A stretch of 61,903 nt of DNA, filler included. It is 22 parts of 22 records of this genome, joined end to end, with 100 filler letters (N's around TTAATTAATTAA, not from the genome) between each part and the next. Parts side by side here need not be neighbours in the genome. Positions count along the whole stretch, not along the records: positions 45,723 to 48,155 come from SRR16133337_88414; positions 48,256 to 50,556 come from SRR16133337_88503; positions 50,657 to 53,417 come from SRR16133337_88972; positions 53,518 to 55,532 come from SRR16133337_89105; positions 55,633 to 57,788 come from SRR16133337_89539; positions 57,889 to 61,903 come from SRR16133337_89723; 16 more parts are not named here. One strand, 5' to 3'. How positions within the stretch are numbered: the stretch's first letter is position 1; each line of letters opens with the position of its first letter. The translations under genes and the position numbers were made by a program. The notes under the pieces are model-generated. The model had not been told where the DNA came from. It did no database searches and saw only the letters and a list, made by a program, of their open reading frames with translations. This document shows, piece after piece, positions 45,749 through 57,923 of the stretch.

Positions 45749-46501
45749 TGCAAACTTACGAGTTATTAATGTTATAAAACGCTCTTCGTATGCTTCTTTT
45801 CCATTCCAATCATAATCTGGTTTTACCATTTTTAAAACGAATTTTTTTGCTTCTTTTTCTGATTTAAAAGAATTTAATTGAGAAACAACTCTGTTAAAAT
45901 CTTCCTGATTCCCTTCAAATAAATGTTTTACAAAAGCAATTCTATCATTCAATCCGATTTGCAAATGATTGTGAACTAAAGTATCATTTAATGATTTTTT
46001 CGATTTTTCTACACGAACCGCATTTTCAAAAATATCTGTGGAAACATCTACAGGAATCGTGTCTTTCAGCTCTTCTTTTAAGGTATATTTTGAGGTCTCT
46101 TTTTCTTTGACTATGGCACTTCCTTTTTCTGTTGAAAAGCTTCTTTTCAAAACAGGTTCTTTGAAATCTTCTTCCTTTATTTTAGATTCTTTCTTTTCTT
46201 TAGGCTTCGTCTCCATAATTTTAACTTTTTCTTCCCGTTCAATTGGTGCTTCCGTAGTTAAATCAGAAATTGTTTCTTCTACAATAATCGCTTCTGCCTT
46301 TTCAATTTTAGTTAAAATCGCTTCTTTCGTTTCAGAAGCTGTAGGAGTGGTTTCGAGATAGCGATCCACAAATGCCAAAACAGAAAGTTTCTCATAGACC
46401 TCTTTTGCTTTCTCTTTTAAAGCGATTACATCCTCTTTATTTTTCAGTTGTAGGATCTCATGAGCAATACTCACTAATTCAGATTCTATTTTTTTGTGCA
46501 T
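45731..46501 (-). CDS. Conserved Flavobacteriaceae-type hypothetical protein
   Basis: MHKKIESELVSIAH.IL start; SLND..IGLNDRIAFVKHLF.G..EDFNRVVSQLN..KPDY.W C-terminal block; low-complexity middle. Confidence 0.75.
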   Translation of the reverse strand: MHKKIESELVSIAHEILQLKNKEDVIALKEKAKEVYEKLSVLAFVDRYLETTPTASETKEAILTKIEKAEAIIVEETISDLTTEAPIEREEKVKIMETKPKEKKESKIKEEDFKEPVLKRSFSTEKGSAIVKEKETSKYTLKEELKDTIPVDVSTDIFENAVRVEKSKKSLNDTLVHNHLQIGLNDRIAFVKHLFEGNQEDFNRVVSQLNSFKSEKEAKKFVLKMVKPDYDWNGKEAYEERFITLITRKFAYTPPG

Positions 46502-46607
46502 AATTTGATGGATTTAAAATACCAATAACTCTATTTATTTTTATAAATTTGCGGGAAGAGAATTGAAAAGTCTTAATCCGCAATTATTCAGGTTCTAAAA
46601 TTACAAA

Positions 46608-46774
46608 ATGTTTCTTGAAAATACGGTAAATCATACAGAACAATTTGGGTGGATAGAAATTATTAAGTAGTTCTATTTTTTCAGGAAAAACAGATAATAC
46701 TTGGAAAAATGGAAGCGTATGAGCCTTTAAGTAGAGTTGTATATCACAAAGAAAGCCATAAGGATAAATCATAG
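46608..46774 (+). pseudogene. tdk: Thymidine kinase remnant (frameshifts plus large internal deletion)
   Basis: MFLENTVNHTEQFGWIEII then stop; shifted frame SSIFSGKTD (degenerate CGSMFSGKTE P-loop); another frame ILGKMEAYEPLSR..Y.K (TK C-terminal block). -7 element TAAATTTG at 46544; lies upstream of alr. Confidence 0.85.
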
Positions 46775-46888
46775 GCTGGCTTTGTAATTCTTAGCTTTAG
46801 CGGAGTATATGTTCCTCCCCAAAAAAGCGAGAATGTTCTGATCTATTTAAGAAAAGAATTCTCTTAACCCTAAAATGATTTCTGGAAA

Positions 46889-48007
46889 ATGAGCAATACC
46901 CACGTTAGTGTTTTAGAACTTGACTTAAATGCACTAAAACACAACATCGTTTATTTTAGAAACAAGCTAGATTCCGACACCAAATTATTAGCCGTTGTGA
47001 AAGCGTTTTCATATGGACATGATGCTGTTGAAATCGCTAAATTCTTAGAAAAAAACAAGATCGATTATTTAGCGGTTGCTTATGTTGATGAAGGAATTTC
47101 TTTAAGAAATGCTGGGGTTACTTTACCTATTTTGGTATTGCACCCACAGGTTCCAAATTTTGAAACTTTGGTTGCCTATCATTTAGAACCTGTTATTTAT
47201 TCCATACGCACACTTGAAACTTTTTTAAAAATTACTTCTGATAAAAACCTAGAAAACTATCCGATCCATTTAGAATTCAATACGGGTTTATATCGTTTAG
47301 GTTTTAGTACAACGGAAATTCCTAAAATTTTAGAGACTATTAACCATAAAACAGGTGTAAAAGTACAATCTATATTTTCTCATTTGGTCGCAAGTGAGGA
47401 GGCAAATGAATTAAATTTTTCCAAAAATCAAATCCAAAAATTTCGTCAAATTGCAGATACAATTTTAAAACATCTTCATTACAAACCTCTTTTACACATG
47501 ACCAATACTTCTGGAATTATAAATTATCCTGAAGCACATTTCGATATGGTTCGACTGGGTATAGGCATGTATGGTTTTGGAAACGATGCTTATGAAACTT
47601 CACAGTTAAAGAACGTAGGATCCTTAAAATCCATTATTTCTCAAATTCATGAAATAAAAGCTGGAGAATCTCTAGGTTACAACAGAGCTTTTGTCGCTTC
47701 TAAAACAACAAAAACAGCAACCATTCCTATAGGTCACGCTGACGGTATTAACAGAAAACTCGGAAATGAAGTTGGTTTTGTATCCATTCAAAATATCAAA
47801 TGTGCCATTATAGGAAACGTTTGTATGGATATGATGATGGTAAATATAACGGGTGTAAATTGCAAAGAAGGAGATGAAGTTGTTATTTTTGACAATCAAG
47901 AAACCTTGAATGAATTGGCTTTAAAATTGGATACAATATCCTATGAAGTTCTAACAGGGATTTCTCAACGAATTCCTAGGAAAATTATTTCGAATACTCA
48001 AGATTAA
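46889..48007 (+). CDS. alr: Alanine racemase
   Basis: AVVKAFSYGH (PLP Lys), AVAYVDEG..LR, HLEFNTGL.RLG, MVRLGIGMYG, IGHADG, IGNVCMDM, TISYEV. Confidence 0.96.
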   Translation: MSNTHVSVLELDLNALKHNIVYFRNKLDSDTKLLAVVKAFSYGHDAVEIAKFLEKNKIDYLAVAYVDEGISLRNAGVTLPILVLHPQVPNFETLVAYHLEPVIYSIRTLETFLKITSDKNLENYPIHLEFNTGLYRLGFSTTEIPKILETINHKTGVKVQSIFSHLVASEEANELNFSKNQIQKFRQIADTILKHLHYKPLLHMTNTSGIINYPEAHFDMVRLGIGMYGFGNDAYETSQLKNVGSLKSIISQIHEIKAGESLGYNRAFVASKTTKTATIPIGHADGINRKLGNEVGFVSIQNIKCAIIGNVCMDMMMVNITGVNCKEGDEVVIFDNQETLNELALKLDTISYEVLTGISQRIPRKIISNTQD

Positions 48008-48076
48008 TTATTTTTCAAAACCCTTTAAAGTATTCAATTCAAATTCCTTTTTGGAAAATTTAGCCCTTTTGTTTTT

Positions 48077-48130
48077 GGCTGTAAGCTTTTAGCTATTGTG
48101 TATTTGTCTTGCAGATGGTGAAACAGTGAA
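48077..48130 (-). repeat. Repeat family A copy
   Basis: The reverse complement TTCACCATCTGCAAGACAAATACACAATAGCTAAAAGCTTACAGC matches 5470-5522. Confidence 0.8.
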
Positions 48131-48300
48131 TCGGTAATTTCTTGTTTCTTTCTTTNNNNNNNNNNNNNNNNNNNNNNNNNNNNNNNNNNNNNNNNNNNNT
48201 TAATTAATTAANNNNNNNNNNNNNNNNNNNNNNNNNNNNNNNNNNNNNNNNNNNNCCGCTAAAGCTCCGCTCCAAAAATCATGTTGTTTGGGGAAGAGTC

Positions 48301-50484
48301 ATGTTTGTGCGCAGAAGCCACATTCTTTGTCGTGCGCGGTTGACGAACCTCAACGATCGAGTTTTATATCGCTCGAAGTTCCGATCTGAGCCTCCACGTT
48401 CAGTTGAGGTGAGTTGCATTGCAGGAAAATTCCAACTAGGTTATCGATGTTGAACTCTTTTAATTGGTGATCCCTCATTTTGTGTTGAGACCACTACTTG
48501 TGAAACAAAAGTGGACAATTCCTGTAGAGTGGCTTTCGTGTAAAGTTGTGTTTCGCTTTTGTGGTTCGAATAGAAACAAAACATACCGAGAGGAATTTCA
48601 CTGTTCCTTTTCCTGGTTTTTCTCGGTATTTTCATGTATTTTCGGTTTTCTCCGAGCCGACTTGTAGAGAAAATGCCCCATATTCGACACACACACACCC
48701 CTCGCACTTCCCGTTGGCAACACGCTTCTACCCCACTGCTCCGCTTACCTACAGGACAATGAAAGTTCTCTTGGGACTTTTTGTCAGTGGAAAAATCCTC
48801 CACAAGTTTTCCCCCAGGTTAGGAGTTTGGCATGGTTTTCAAAACACAGCATTTTGAGAGGATTCAGGGCACTTAGCACTTTTTGAGTGCGTAGATGGTA
48901 TTTTTATGAGCTTTTACATTGTGGTGAATCTTTTCAATCATAGAGCAAGTGGTGTTGTGATTTTGCACCCTTGGTCGCATTCTATACAATACAAACCGGT
49001 AGTAGTTCAACCAAGCAGACTTACAAATGCAGTCTAACCACTCAAAAATAATTTTTCAAATACGTTCTGCGTGTTCTCACTCCGCAAAAAACAAAGAAGG
49101 AAGGTAAACATGAAGTAAAGGCTTTTGTGAAAGTGGTTAAGTTCTCCACTTAACCGGTAGAAGCGTGTGCGTGTATGTGTATGTATGTGTGTGTCGCCAC
49201 CCAAAAATAGTTTTCCGAGCTTACATCGAGTTTTCATTCACAATTTTATGACGTGTTTGGTGTTTTAGGTGGATTTGAAAATCCACACTGGTTGTGCGCC
49301 AGAAGTTGTGGTCCACTCTCCTACAGTGAAGAAGCTCGGACTGGGCTCGTGTGGAGAAATGCAAATCCGGAGAATTGGTGAGGAAAAATCGGGTGCATCT
49401 CTGACTAAGGGAGAACGATGGGATCAAGCTTATTTAGAACTTTTAGATGGTACATATTTTTCCTGCCTCCATTTTCCTGTACACGTGAAATTTTCCTTGA
49501 GTGTGGGGGTCAGGAGATTTGCCTGATCACAGTTACCCAAATTTACAGTTGTGTGGAATTATTGCTCAATTTGCATTGCATGACATTTCCGTCACTTTTC
49601 GCACTTGGTGAATAAAAAATTGTTTTGGTACTTCCTTCCGAAAAATGACCACCCTCCCCTAGTCACCACCCAAATCCGAGGGTGGGAGAGGGGGATGGTC
49701 GTTGCTAAGGGGTGTGGGGTGTGGGGGGGGGTGTGTGTACTCTGAAATCTTCTGTATTGTAATACACAAGTACAGATAAATTCGAAGCAACCCTCCACCC
49801 ATAACAAAACCTACCTCCCATAACAAAACCCACCCCAGGGGCAAAAGTTTTTTAGGTGGAGGGGTTTTAGTGTTGGTAAGAAACTAGGTGTGTTCAAAGC
49901 AACCCACTTCCCCTCCCACCCATAGCAAAACCCCCTCCCCACACATTGAGGAAATGATTTTCCCTGGAGGAGATTGCACTGTCACCAACACAATTGTAGG
50001 ATATGTTACAACTGTTTTGCATTTGTAACGCGGCAAATGGTATTTATATTAGCTCTCGCAATCTGCTACCTGCATTACAAGCAGGTGTTCACATTTTTTT
50101 ACAATTTCGCATCCAATCGCACTTTGTGAAGTACGACACAAAATTCATGAAACCAGGCCAATTCACAAAGGCGTTCTAACCACCCAAAAATAATTTTTCT
50201 TATTGATCGTATTAGATTGTTACAAAATCTTTTAGTAGTTATTGGCTTGTTTGTATTGCTATTCCACAGTTGCTTTAAATTAATGTGAGGTTTTTTATTT
50301 TGTAGTGGATTTCCCGCGCAAAGAAACCATTGTGGAAGTGATCTCGACTGGAATTCCAGATGATATTGATGGATTGATTGGATGTATTCCTCTTGAAAAG
50401 CTCGATTTACATGTTGATGTGCTTGGTGAAAAATTGATTCCGAATCCAGTCCATGGTTCGATCGATATCGTGGATATCATTTAA
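48301..50484 (+). CDS. Spliced eukaryotic homolog of prokaryotic clan AA (retropepsin-like) aspartic protease, catalytic Asp replaced by His; exons 48301-48408, 49269-49449, 50306-50484 (155 aa)
   Basis: GT-AG introns in consistent phases (0 and 1). Joined protein ...ARLTNLND...RSVEVDLKIHTGCA..VV...VKKLGL...GLIGCIPLEKLDLHVD....LIPNP.H follows the pattern ..LTN..D...RSVEV.ALVDTGA...LGL...LLG.IPLE.LDL.VD....L.PNP. Start codon uncertain because the frame is open to the contig start. Confidence 0.7.
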
Positions 50485-52480
50485 AGACATTCATAACAGC
50501 TCATAGCAGACTTGTGTGTGGATGCTAACTTGAGGGGCTCATTACCTATTTTTAATNNNNNNNNNNNNNNNNNNNNNNNNNNNNNNNNNNNNNNNNNNNN
50601 TTAATTAATTAANNNNNNNNNNNNNNNNNNNNNNNNNNNNNNNNNNNNNNNNNNNNATATGCGTACTATATTGTGATCTTGCCTGAATTCGAGCACGGAA
50701 CTGCAAATATATTGACAAATACACTCAGTTGGTGCGAAAATCATAAAAATAATTGAATTTTCGAAAAATTGATTTTGTGACAAATCCACAAAAACATTTT
50801 GGTCTCATCACCTTTTCAATATCACCAATGGTACCTCTTTTGAAACAAAAAGTTTTTGGATACAACACCCAGGATCGAAGGTGGTTTTTGAATGAACGAA
50901 ATTTTGAAAATAAAATACCCCTGAAGAAATCGACCCTCCTAAATCACAAGGGAAAAAACTAATTCACATTTTTCTTTGATGAGACTTATAAAGAAAATTC
51001 CCACAATCTCAAAGAAATTCATTTAAAATTAACGAAATAAATGTTTCATTTTTAGGGATAATGAAATTCTTGACGATATGCTTGTTCATGCAAGTAAGTG
51101 TACTGTGGTTTAATCGCACAACTAATGTTGTAATTGATTGTTGGTCTAACCTACAGTGATGGACGAAAGCCCGTTTTCGAAATTCATTTTCAGAGAGAAT
51201 TGTTTTAGACGAACTCTTGAGCGATTTGAACGATCTTTTTTGATTTTGTTGGCTGCCTAAAGATGCGAATTTCTGCAAAAATAGTTTTCCCCCAAACTTT
51301 GTTACATACGTCATTACATGTCTTCTGCAGTAGATTTAGTGTGAAAAAGGAACCAAAGGTGCCTATAATCGAGTCACAAGATTGTCATTACAGAAACTAA
51401 ACCAACAGCGCCATTGCCATACCTTGTGTTGAAAACATGCAACAAAAAGGATCGTCAATTGAAAGAACAGCAAACGAAGAATCGCCAAACCGAAAAGAAA
51501 TAGAGGTGTTGAATCACCACAAAAATAATAGAGTGCCTGCATTTGACCGCACAGAATCGCCCGAGCTGAATCCGTATCCTTCCCTCCCTTTTTCAAGTTG
51601 CTTGAGATCCAGGATAATTTGCCCTTCCCTTGATTTCTGTGGAGCGGGTACAAGTTGAGTCCCGTATTTTCGTGGCTATTTTTTGCGCCATTTCCAGAGA
51701 TATTTTTACCTAAACCTAAATAGTGTTATTTTATTTCGTTCTCATTCAATAAATATCCACTAAGCATGCTCAATAAATTGCGCACAAACTCAAACATTTT
51801 TATAATAGAAGGGGCTTGTATTCATTTCAAGGGGGATTTTAGCTGAGCGCAAGTGCATTAGCCGCGATAGATGGTCCAGCTTTATCACTAGAATTTGAGG
51901 CGCACTGGTACCAGCATGTAGAGACAATGTTCCAAAGAAGAAATCGATTTCTTCCCGCTGACTTGTTGATGAGAAATACAGAGTTGGGGAAGAATTCAGT
52001 TTGCGCGCCATAATATCAAACCAACTACTACCGCATCTTCATCGTAAACTGAAAGAAATACCCTTTAAATAATGTACACAATATGAATTTGAATATTCTT
52101 TACAAAAAACAACTTTCAAAAGCTGATAAAAAGTTTTATTGAAGTAATGTTTTAGGGTGTGTGTGTGTGAGCGTGTGGTGTATGTGTGTAGTAGGAGGCT
52201 GGAAGGGTTGTGTTTTCTTGTGTGTGGTGGTATGCGGGGGTGGTGTGTGGTGTGTGTGGAGAGGAGCGGGAGTGTAGAGGGTGGTGGGTGGTGCAAAATA
52301 GTAAACGACCACTGTTATATGCTTCCTCATTAACTTTGACAAGTTTTGTGAAGTTTTGCAGGTGAGTAACTACATCAATAACGCAATATAATTAAAAACG
52401 TTATACAATATTGGGCTCATTAGAAAATCCAAAAGCACTTTGAACCGTACCCTAACACAAACAATTTTTCATATTTTTAG

Positions 52481-52669
52481 TGAACCAATTTGGCCGAGCA
52501 TTGGCGATGGATAACACAAATAGAGACACTGCAGACGCTCTTGAATACCAAGATCGAATATTAGAACGTATTCCCGCAGGGAGAAATTTCACACCACTTA
52601 TGATGTGGTATCTTACTGACGATACGACACCTGAAATGATTGTTGAGGCGTATGAATCTGGTGATATAG
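52481..52669 (+). CDS. Exon of a type II (E. coli PyrC/URA4-like) dihydroorotase, possibly degenerate
   Basis: TTTTTAG acceptor, GTATGA donor; FGRALAM.N...A..Y.DRIL..IPAG.NFTPLM..YLTD.T.PE aligns to PyrC YGRAIVMPNL...[26 protein letters not shown]. Confidence 0.7.
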
Positions 52670-53517
52670 GTATGAATCTATATAGAAAAAAAATTGCTGC
52701 GAGGGAAACTTCCATGTTTCTCTGCAATAAGACAAGATCACAACATGCAATTTTGGATTCTTTTCAGCATGAAAAACAGTTTGTTCCATAATTTTTCGAG
52801 ATTATTTTTAAAAGATTTTTTTTCGTGATAGAATCCAAAACGACCAGAGGTCTATTTGTTGATGCTATTTGGCTTTCTAGAGGCACTTGTCGCGTACAAC
52901 TAAATAATGCACGGTATTTAATTTTTAGGAAACTTCTGACACTCGTTTTGTATCTCTAAAATTATGTATATTTTCTTTCAAAAATCTAATATTGAGATCG
53001 CCTGGGTGTGCACCACCCCATACACCACACCCATCCACTAAAAAAAGTATTGGAACTCGAAATTAGACTTTAAATCAGGATTGCAGAGAGTGTGTGAGGT
53101 TGAAGTGTAGGTGCGGTGAGGGGTGGTGTGAGCGATCCATCGAGTAGGGAGGTTGCCGCCTTACAGTGAGGGAGTATGTCGGGCCTGGCCGGACAGGAGG
53201 TTGCAACCTCCTTCATGATAATTATAGTAATTACATGAAGAGAGGGTTGCGACTCAACTAGGAGGGAAACGGTGTGGTATCAACCGGAAATTGTTGACTC
53301 TTTACAATTTCATAAATGTACTATACGAAGCCATAAAGCAGGAACGTATCTTATTAATTAAAAATGAAACAAATTGGGGTGATGTATTAAATCTGTTAAG
53401 GTAGGAGACTGTCTAAGNNNNNNNNNNNNNNNNNNNNNNNNNNNNNNNNNNNNNNNNNNNNTTAATTAATTAANNNNNNNNNNNNNNNNNNNNNNNNNNN
53501 NNNNNNNNNNNNNNNNN

Positions 53518-54841
53518 TCTGAAATTGCCATGTTGTATGCATCAATAGCAAATTTCGGGCAACGTTCGGCGATGAACTGAAGTCTTCTAACCTAAATGTA
53601 AAAAAAGTTTGACAAATTAAAATTTTATTGTGGGTATGGGAAACTTGTCTGTTTTTCAGATTGTTTATGGATTCAGATTTGTCGCGTTTTTCAATTTTGG
53701 AACTTGCTTCTGGTAGAAAAAATAATTTTTTGAAAAATTTAAAACATCAAACACGTGCATGTACAAAATTCGTCATTACAATGAAAAAGAATAACGTAAT
53801 ATAAAAATTAAGTTGGACGTAAAACAGGCAAAACGCAGTTGCCCGCTCACCATAAATGATTTTTTTTAAAATAATGTAAGGAAGTTCGTGGTTGTTTGGA
53901 GTAATCTTATAACAATTGTATACCGTGGATTCAAATATATATTTTCAGTAAAGTCAAAAGGATGTGAAGAACCAACAGCAATTTTTGAGGTGATATGCAA
54001 CAAATTGGATGTGTATCTCACTTGCAAAATGATATTTCTACCACCAAACCACCCACACAGCTCCAAAAGAACCCCACCTACCCCCTTTTCTACCAAACAC
54101 CAGCCAATCAACTCTCCACTCCTTATGGATACAACATGGCCGACTAAAATCAAGGTGTAGTTCATATGTTTTTTGATGCGTACACTCGATAAGTATTTTG
54201 CCGCTCAATAACAAAACACTGTAACTGTAACTAAATTGGGGTGGTGAAAGTCGCGAATTTGGGGTCCTTACGCTGTGCAGAAGCGTATAATTTTTCAGGT
54301 GACAAACAGCGTAAAAAAAGAATTCCAAAGAAGAAGGGGGAAGTATAAGTCTTATATGGTGTTGCCTGATAGTATGATATATACGTCTTTATTTTTTGAA
54401 AATGTTAATGAAGTTCCACAAACCCCAAAAACATAAAAACATAAAATGAAAAATAACAAAACTGCGAACTACATTCCTTCTAGAATGCCTAAATTAATTT
54501 TGTGACATTTCATTTCACGATACGCTACAGGTGTCCACAATTGAATTGAACCCGAAAATATAAAAAATCTTTTTGCAAAAATTCACACCATCACGAACCT
54601 TAGTGGCTCCAGTGTACCGCGCTGCATAAGTGCTTAGATCGAATGTTGGGTTATCTACAACTTCCACATGTTTCTTTCGACTTTTGTCATCACCAGAAAT
54701 ATCGCTCATTCTCTTACGACGATCACCATCTGATGACGAAGACGTTAACCCTCGTCCACCTCCAGCGTCAACACTCCCTCCACCTAAAGACGACGAGGAT
54801 GGTGCTTGCTTCTCTTCACTCATTTTTTCGTCCAATACCAT
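53518..54841 (-). CDS. CSN1: COP9 signalosome subunit 1, first exons (54599-54841 and 53518-53591), truncated by contig end
   Basis: VVDNPTFDLSTYAARYTGATK|VRRLQFIAERCP..AIDAYNMAI matches GPS1/CSN1 VENPSLDLEQYAASYSG..RIERLQFIADHCP; phase-0 GT-AG intron 53592-54598. Confidence 0.85.
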
Positions 54842-56019
54842 CAAGGGACTTGTGCTCAAATTCTTCTGCCAAAGGACAGATTAGATTAGTTTTAGAACAC
54901 TGCGAAAGAAGACCGTGTGGACCTTCTTCAAAAGACAATGGAATTTGGAATTACTCAGCAAAGTCCCACCGCAATAAATAGGAAAGATGCCAAAATTTTT
55001 ATGTACTCATCCAATAAATTTTCTAAAATGTTGGATTCCATTTTTAATTAGAAAATTTTTGAGGGTAGAAATTTTGAACTTTTGCTATCAGTTTTGAGTT
55101 CCGTTTTGTAAATCGCATCAGAGATAGGGAAATTGAGGGTGCACTTTTTTGCAACATTTGAGAGAAAAACTGTTAGCGGACTTAATTTTAAAGTCCCTTG
55201 TGATTTTGCCTTTATTGTTTTTGAAATGGCACTGTAGTGAAATGGCGAGTTATTGTGGGGTTACTTTTGGTGGCACTTTGAACATCAGCCCCGTTCGCAT
55301 TATTCTTTTTCAGCTACTTCTATTTACACAAATTTCTAAACAACAATCCGGTAAGCAGGACCTTCTGTTTCGGTATAAAGTGAAATTTCACTTCCCTTTC
55401 TTTGGTTGGAGACGGTGGTAGGGGCGAGCGGGGTTGCATCTTTTTTGTGGGATTTAGGTAGCCTTTCGTAGTCACTCACACTTTTTCGTGTTTTGTCTCA
55501 CATCCGTTCTACCAAAGTTTTAGGTCAAAAGCNNNNNNNNNNNNNNNNNNNNNNNNNNNNNNNNNNNNNNNNNNNNTTAATTAATTAANNNNNNNNNNNN
55601 NNNNNNNNNNNNNNNNNNNNNNNNNNNNNNNNACACACAATATTCATGAAGTTTTGGTCGTTGCAAAAAAATAATATGTCAAATCTAAGCGACTAATATT
55701 CGAACAATTCTTATTAGTGCCACTACGGTAACAACGTGTGAAGCATAAAAATGAAAAATTAGTATAACAAAACACAAAAATGATGACATTGGAACGCAAC
55801 AATTATTTTGGCATTGTCTTTCACTGGGAAATTCTCTTGTAGTAGCTGCTCATCCACTTCCACCCGACACTCAAATGTTTGGGGTAAAAAATGCTTGGGC
55901 CTTTGTCAAAGAGAAATACACCACGGTACAAAATATTATTGTCCAATTTGACACAAGAAATTATAAAAACGCTTTAAAATGTACAAAACTAATACGTAAT
56001 ATGATAGCATGTCACATAC

Positions 56020-56835
56020 CTTGAATCAGTGTATGCATCTTGCATCCACCTGATATCTTGTATTATTTCAGGATCCTGCGAACGTGACTGGATGGGGAAA
56101 AGTTTTGCGCTCCACAGCGATCTATCATCTCCTTGATGCCTTTTATGACCCCATAACAAATTAGGGCCACACTTAAAAGTACTAAAAAACTTTTCCCATG
56201 GAACATTCAGAAATGACGCTCCTAAAATCAACGACAGATGCAGTAGAATTTACGGGCAGGGAAAAATGCAACTTAATTACTAGAAATTAAAGTCAACACC
56301 AAACATTTTTAAGGTTTTTTTCTGCTGCAAAACGAAATGCATTTTTCAGTTCTATAACATTCCTGTTCAAATAATTGTTCTAGATTGTTGTTTTTGCGAA
56401 GGCTGGAAAGAGACATACATGTTGCAAAAATAAACTTTTCGCACGCTTTTTTTCGGTTTAATCCTGCAAATTCCTTTTGTTAGAGCAAACAAAAATATTC
56501 TTTAAAAAACAATTGTAAAAATCAGAGTTTTATTAATTAATATATTATATCAATTAAACAATTTATATATTTTAACCAGATCTTGACAAAAAAATGTAAA
56601 ACCGAGTTTTTTGATTCGTTTTAAATTTTAAAATGTCCTCCCATAGGTGCAGTGAAAGAAATGTTTTATTCGTTAATCGAGAATCATCGAAAGAGAGTGA
56701 GTGCTTTCAATGTTCCACAAGGTTTTAACTTACTTGGGCTCTCGTAATGTTCTTTAACAGGGTCATGTAATCCAACGAGAGTTGTAACAAATAGTTCACT
56801 ATCTTTCTCCGTTTTTATCTTCGAGTCGTCTTTGT
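56020..56835 (-). CDS. Two internal exons (56734-56835, 56020-56221) of an L-fucokinase / fucose-1-phosphate guanylyltransferase-like gene
   Basis: Frame-consistent GT-AG intron; LVGLHDPVK...SFLNVPW..FF.....LW......RSLWSAKLFP resembles FCSK/FKGP (GLHD.K, T.LNVPW, LW.AKLFP). Confidence 0.7.
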
Positions 56836-57888
56836 CTAACGAATGGCATGAAGGGAAATAGCAAAATAATTGAATTTCTTAAAAAACAACACCCCAAAAA
56901 GAACGTCAACATTTCCATAGAATTTTGGCAGTCACAAAGACGTCATTTCCACAACTTCTTTTATGGAAATTGAAAAATACTGTATTCCCTGAAATGGACG
57001 TTGGATAAAGGTCTGAAAAGTTGAACACACGGCAAACTCGAAAACTCCATCCATCACCAACCGATTATTCCCCCATTTTGTTTTTTGTATAGTGATACAT
57101 ACACGAAAAGAATGTTGCAGTTAATTAGAAAATTTATTGAGTTATTGAAGCTTGCAGGAAAAAAAGAATTAAACTTAGGTTTTTCTATGTATCACTCCTG
57201 CAATACTTTGAACGAATAAAATTTGTTTTTTAAAAAAACAAAAAAACAATGGGATGTGTAGTGAGGAGAATTTTTATTTTTTGAAAAATTAGAATACTAA
57301 TAACAGGAATTTGTAATTTCAACAAAATGTACGACATCTTGTGTCTTTTTGGATAGCATTTCATATGCGTGTGAAACACCGCACCACATAAATGTCGAAA
57401 CTAAAGTTCAATCAAACTACATATCCTTGAAAGGGCGTATTTAAAATGTATTTTGATTGTGCTGTACTGCAGCTAAATTCGACGTTTTTTTTAATTATTT
57501 TTTTCAAGGGATCATGAAATTGCCTTACCAAAAACAGCTCTAAACTCCAATACCGTTAGGCTAGTAAGGTTATCGGAAAACGTGGTCCGGACAATTATAC
57601 AATATTTCTTAAAAACTTTTAAGCGTGACTTAATACTTTCCTCACAAAACAAGCTTCGAGTTTGTAAACAAGAAAAAGAAATTGTTCGTGCTCATTAGTG
57701 GCTTTGTGGTTATATTCTGCGCCAAAGATTTTATAACACTACAAAATGCATCTATGTGTTGGCACTTACTTAGCCAGTGTCTATTTGANNNNNNNNNNNN
57801 NNNNNNNNNNNNNNNNNNNNNNNNNNNNNNNNTTAATTAATTAANNNNNNNNNNNNNNNNNNNNNNNNNNNNNNNNNNNNNNNNNNNN

Positions 57889-57918
57889 AAATTTTCGGGT
57901 TTCTAACCAGGTGGAGTA
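57889..57918 (+). repeat. Repeat family B copy at contig start
   Basis: AAATTTTCGGGTTTCTAACCAGGTGGAGTA. Confidence 0.8.
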
Positions 57919-57923
57919 GCCTT

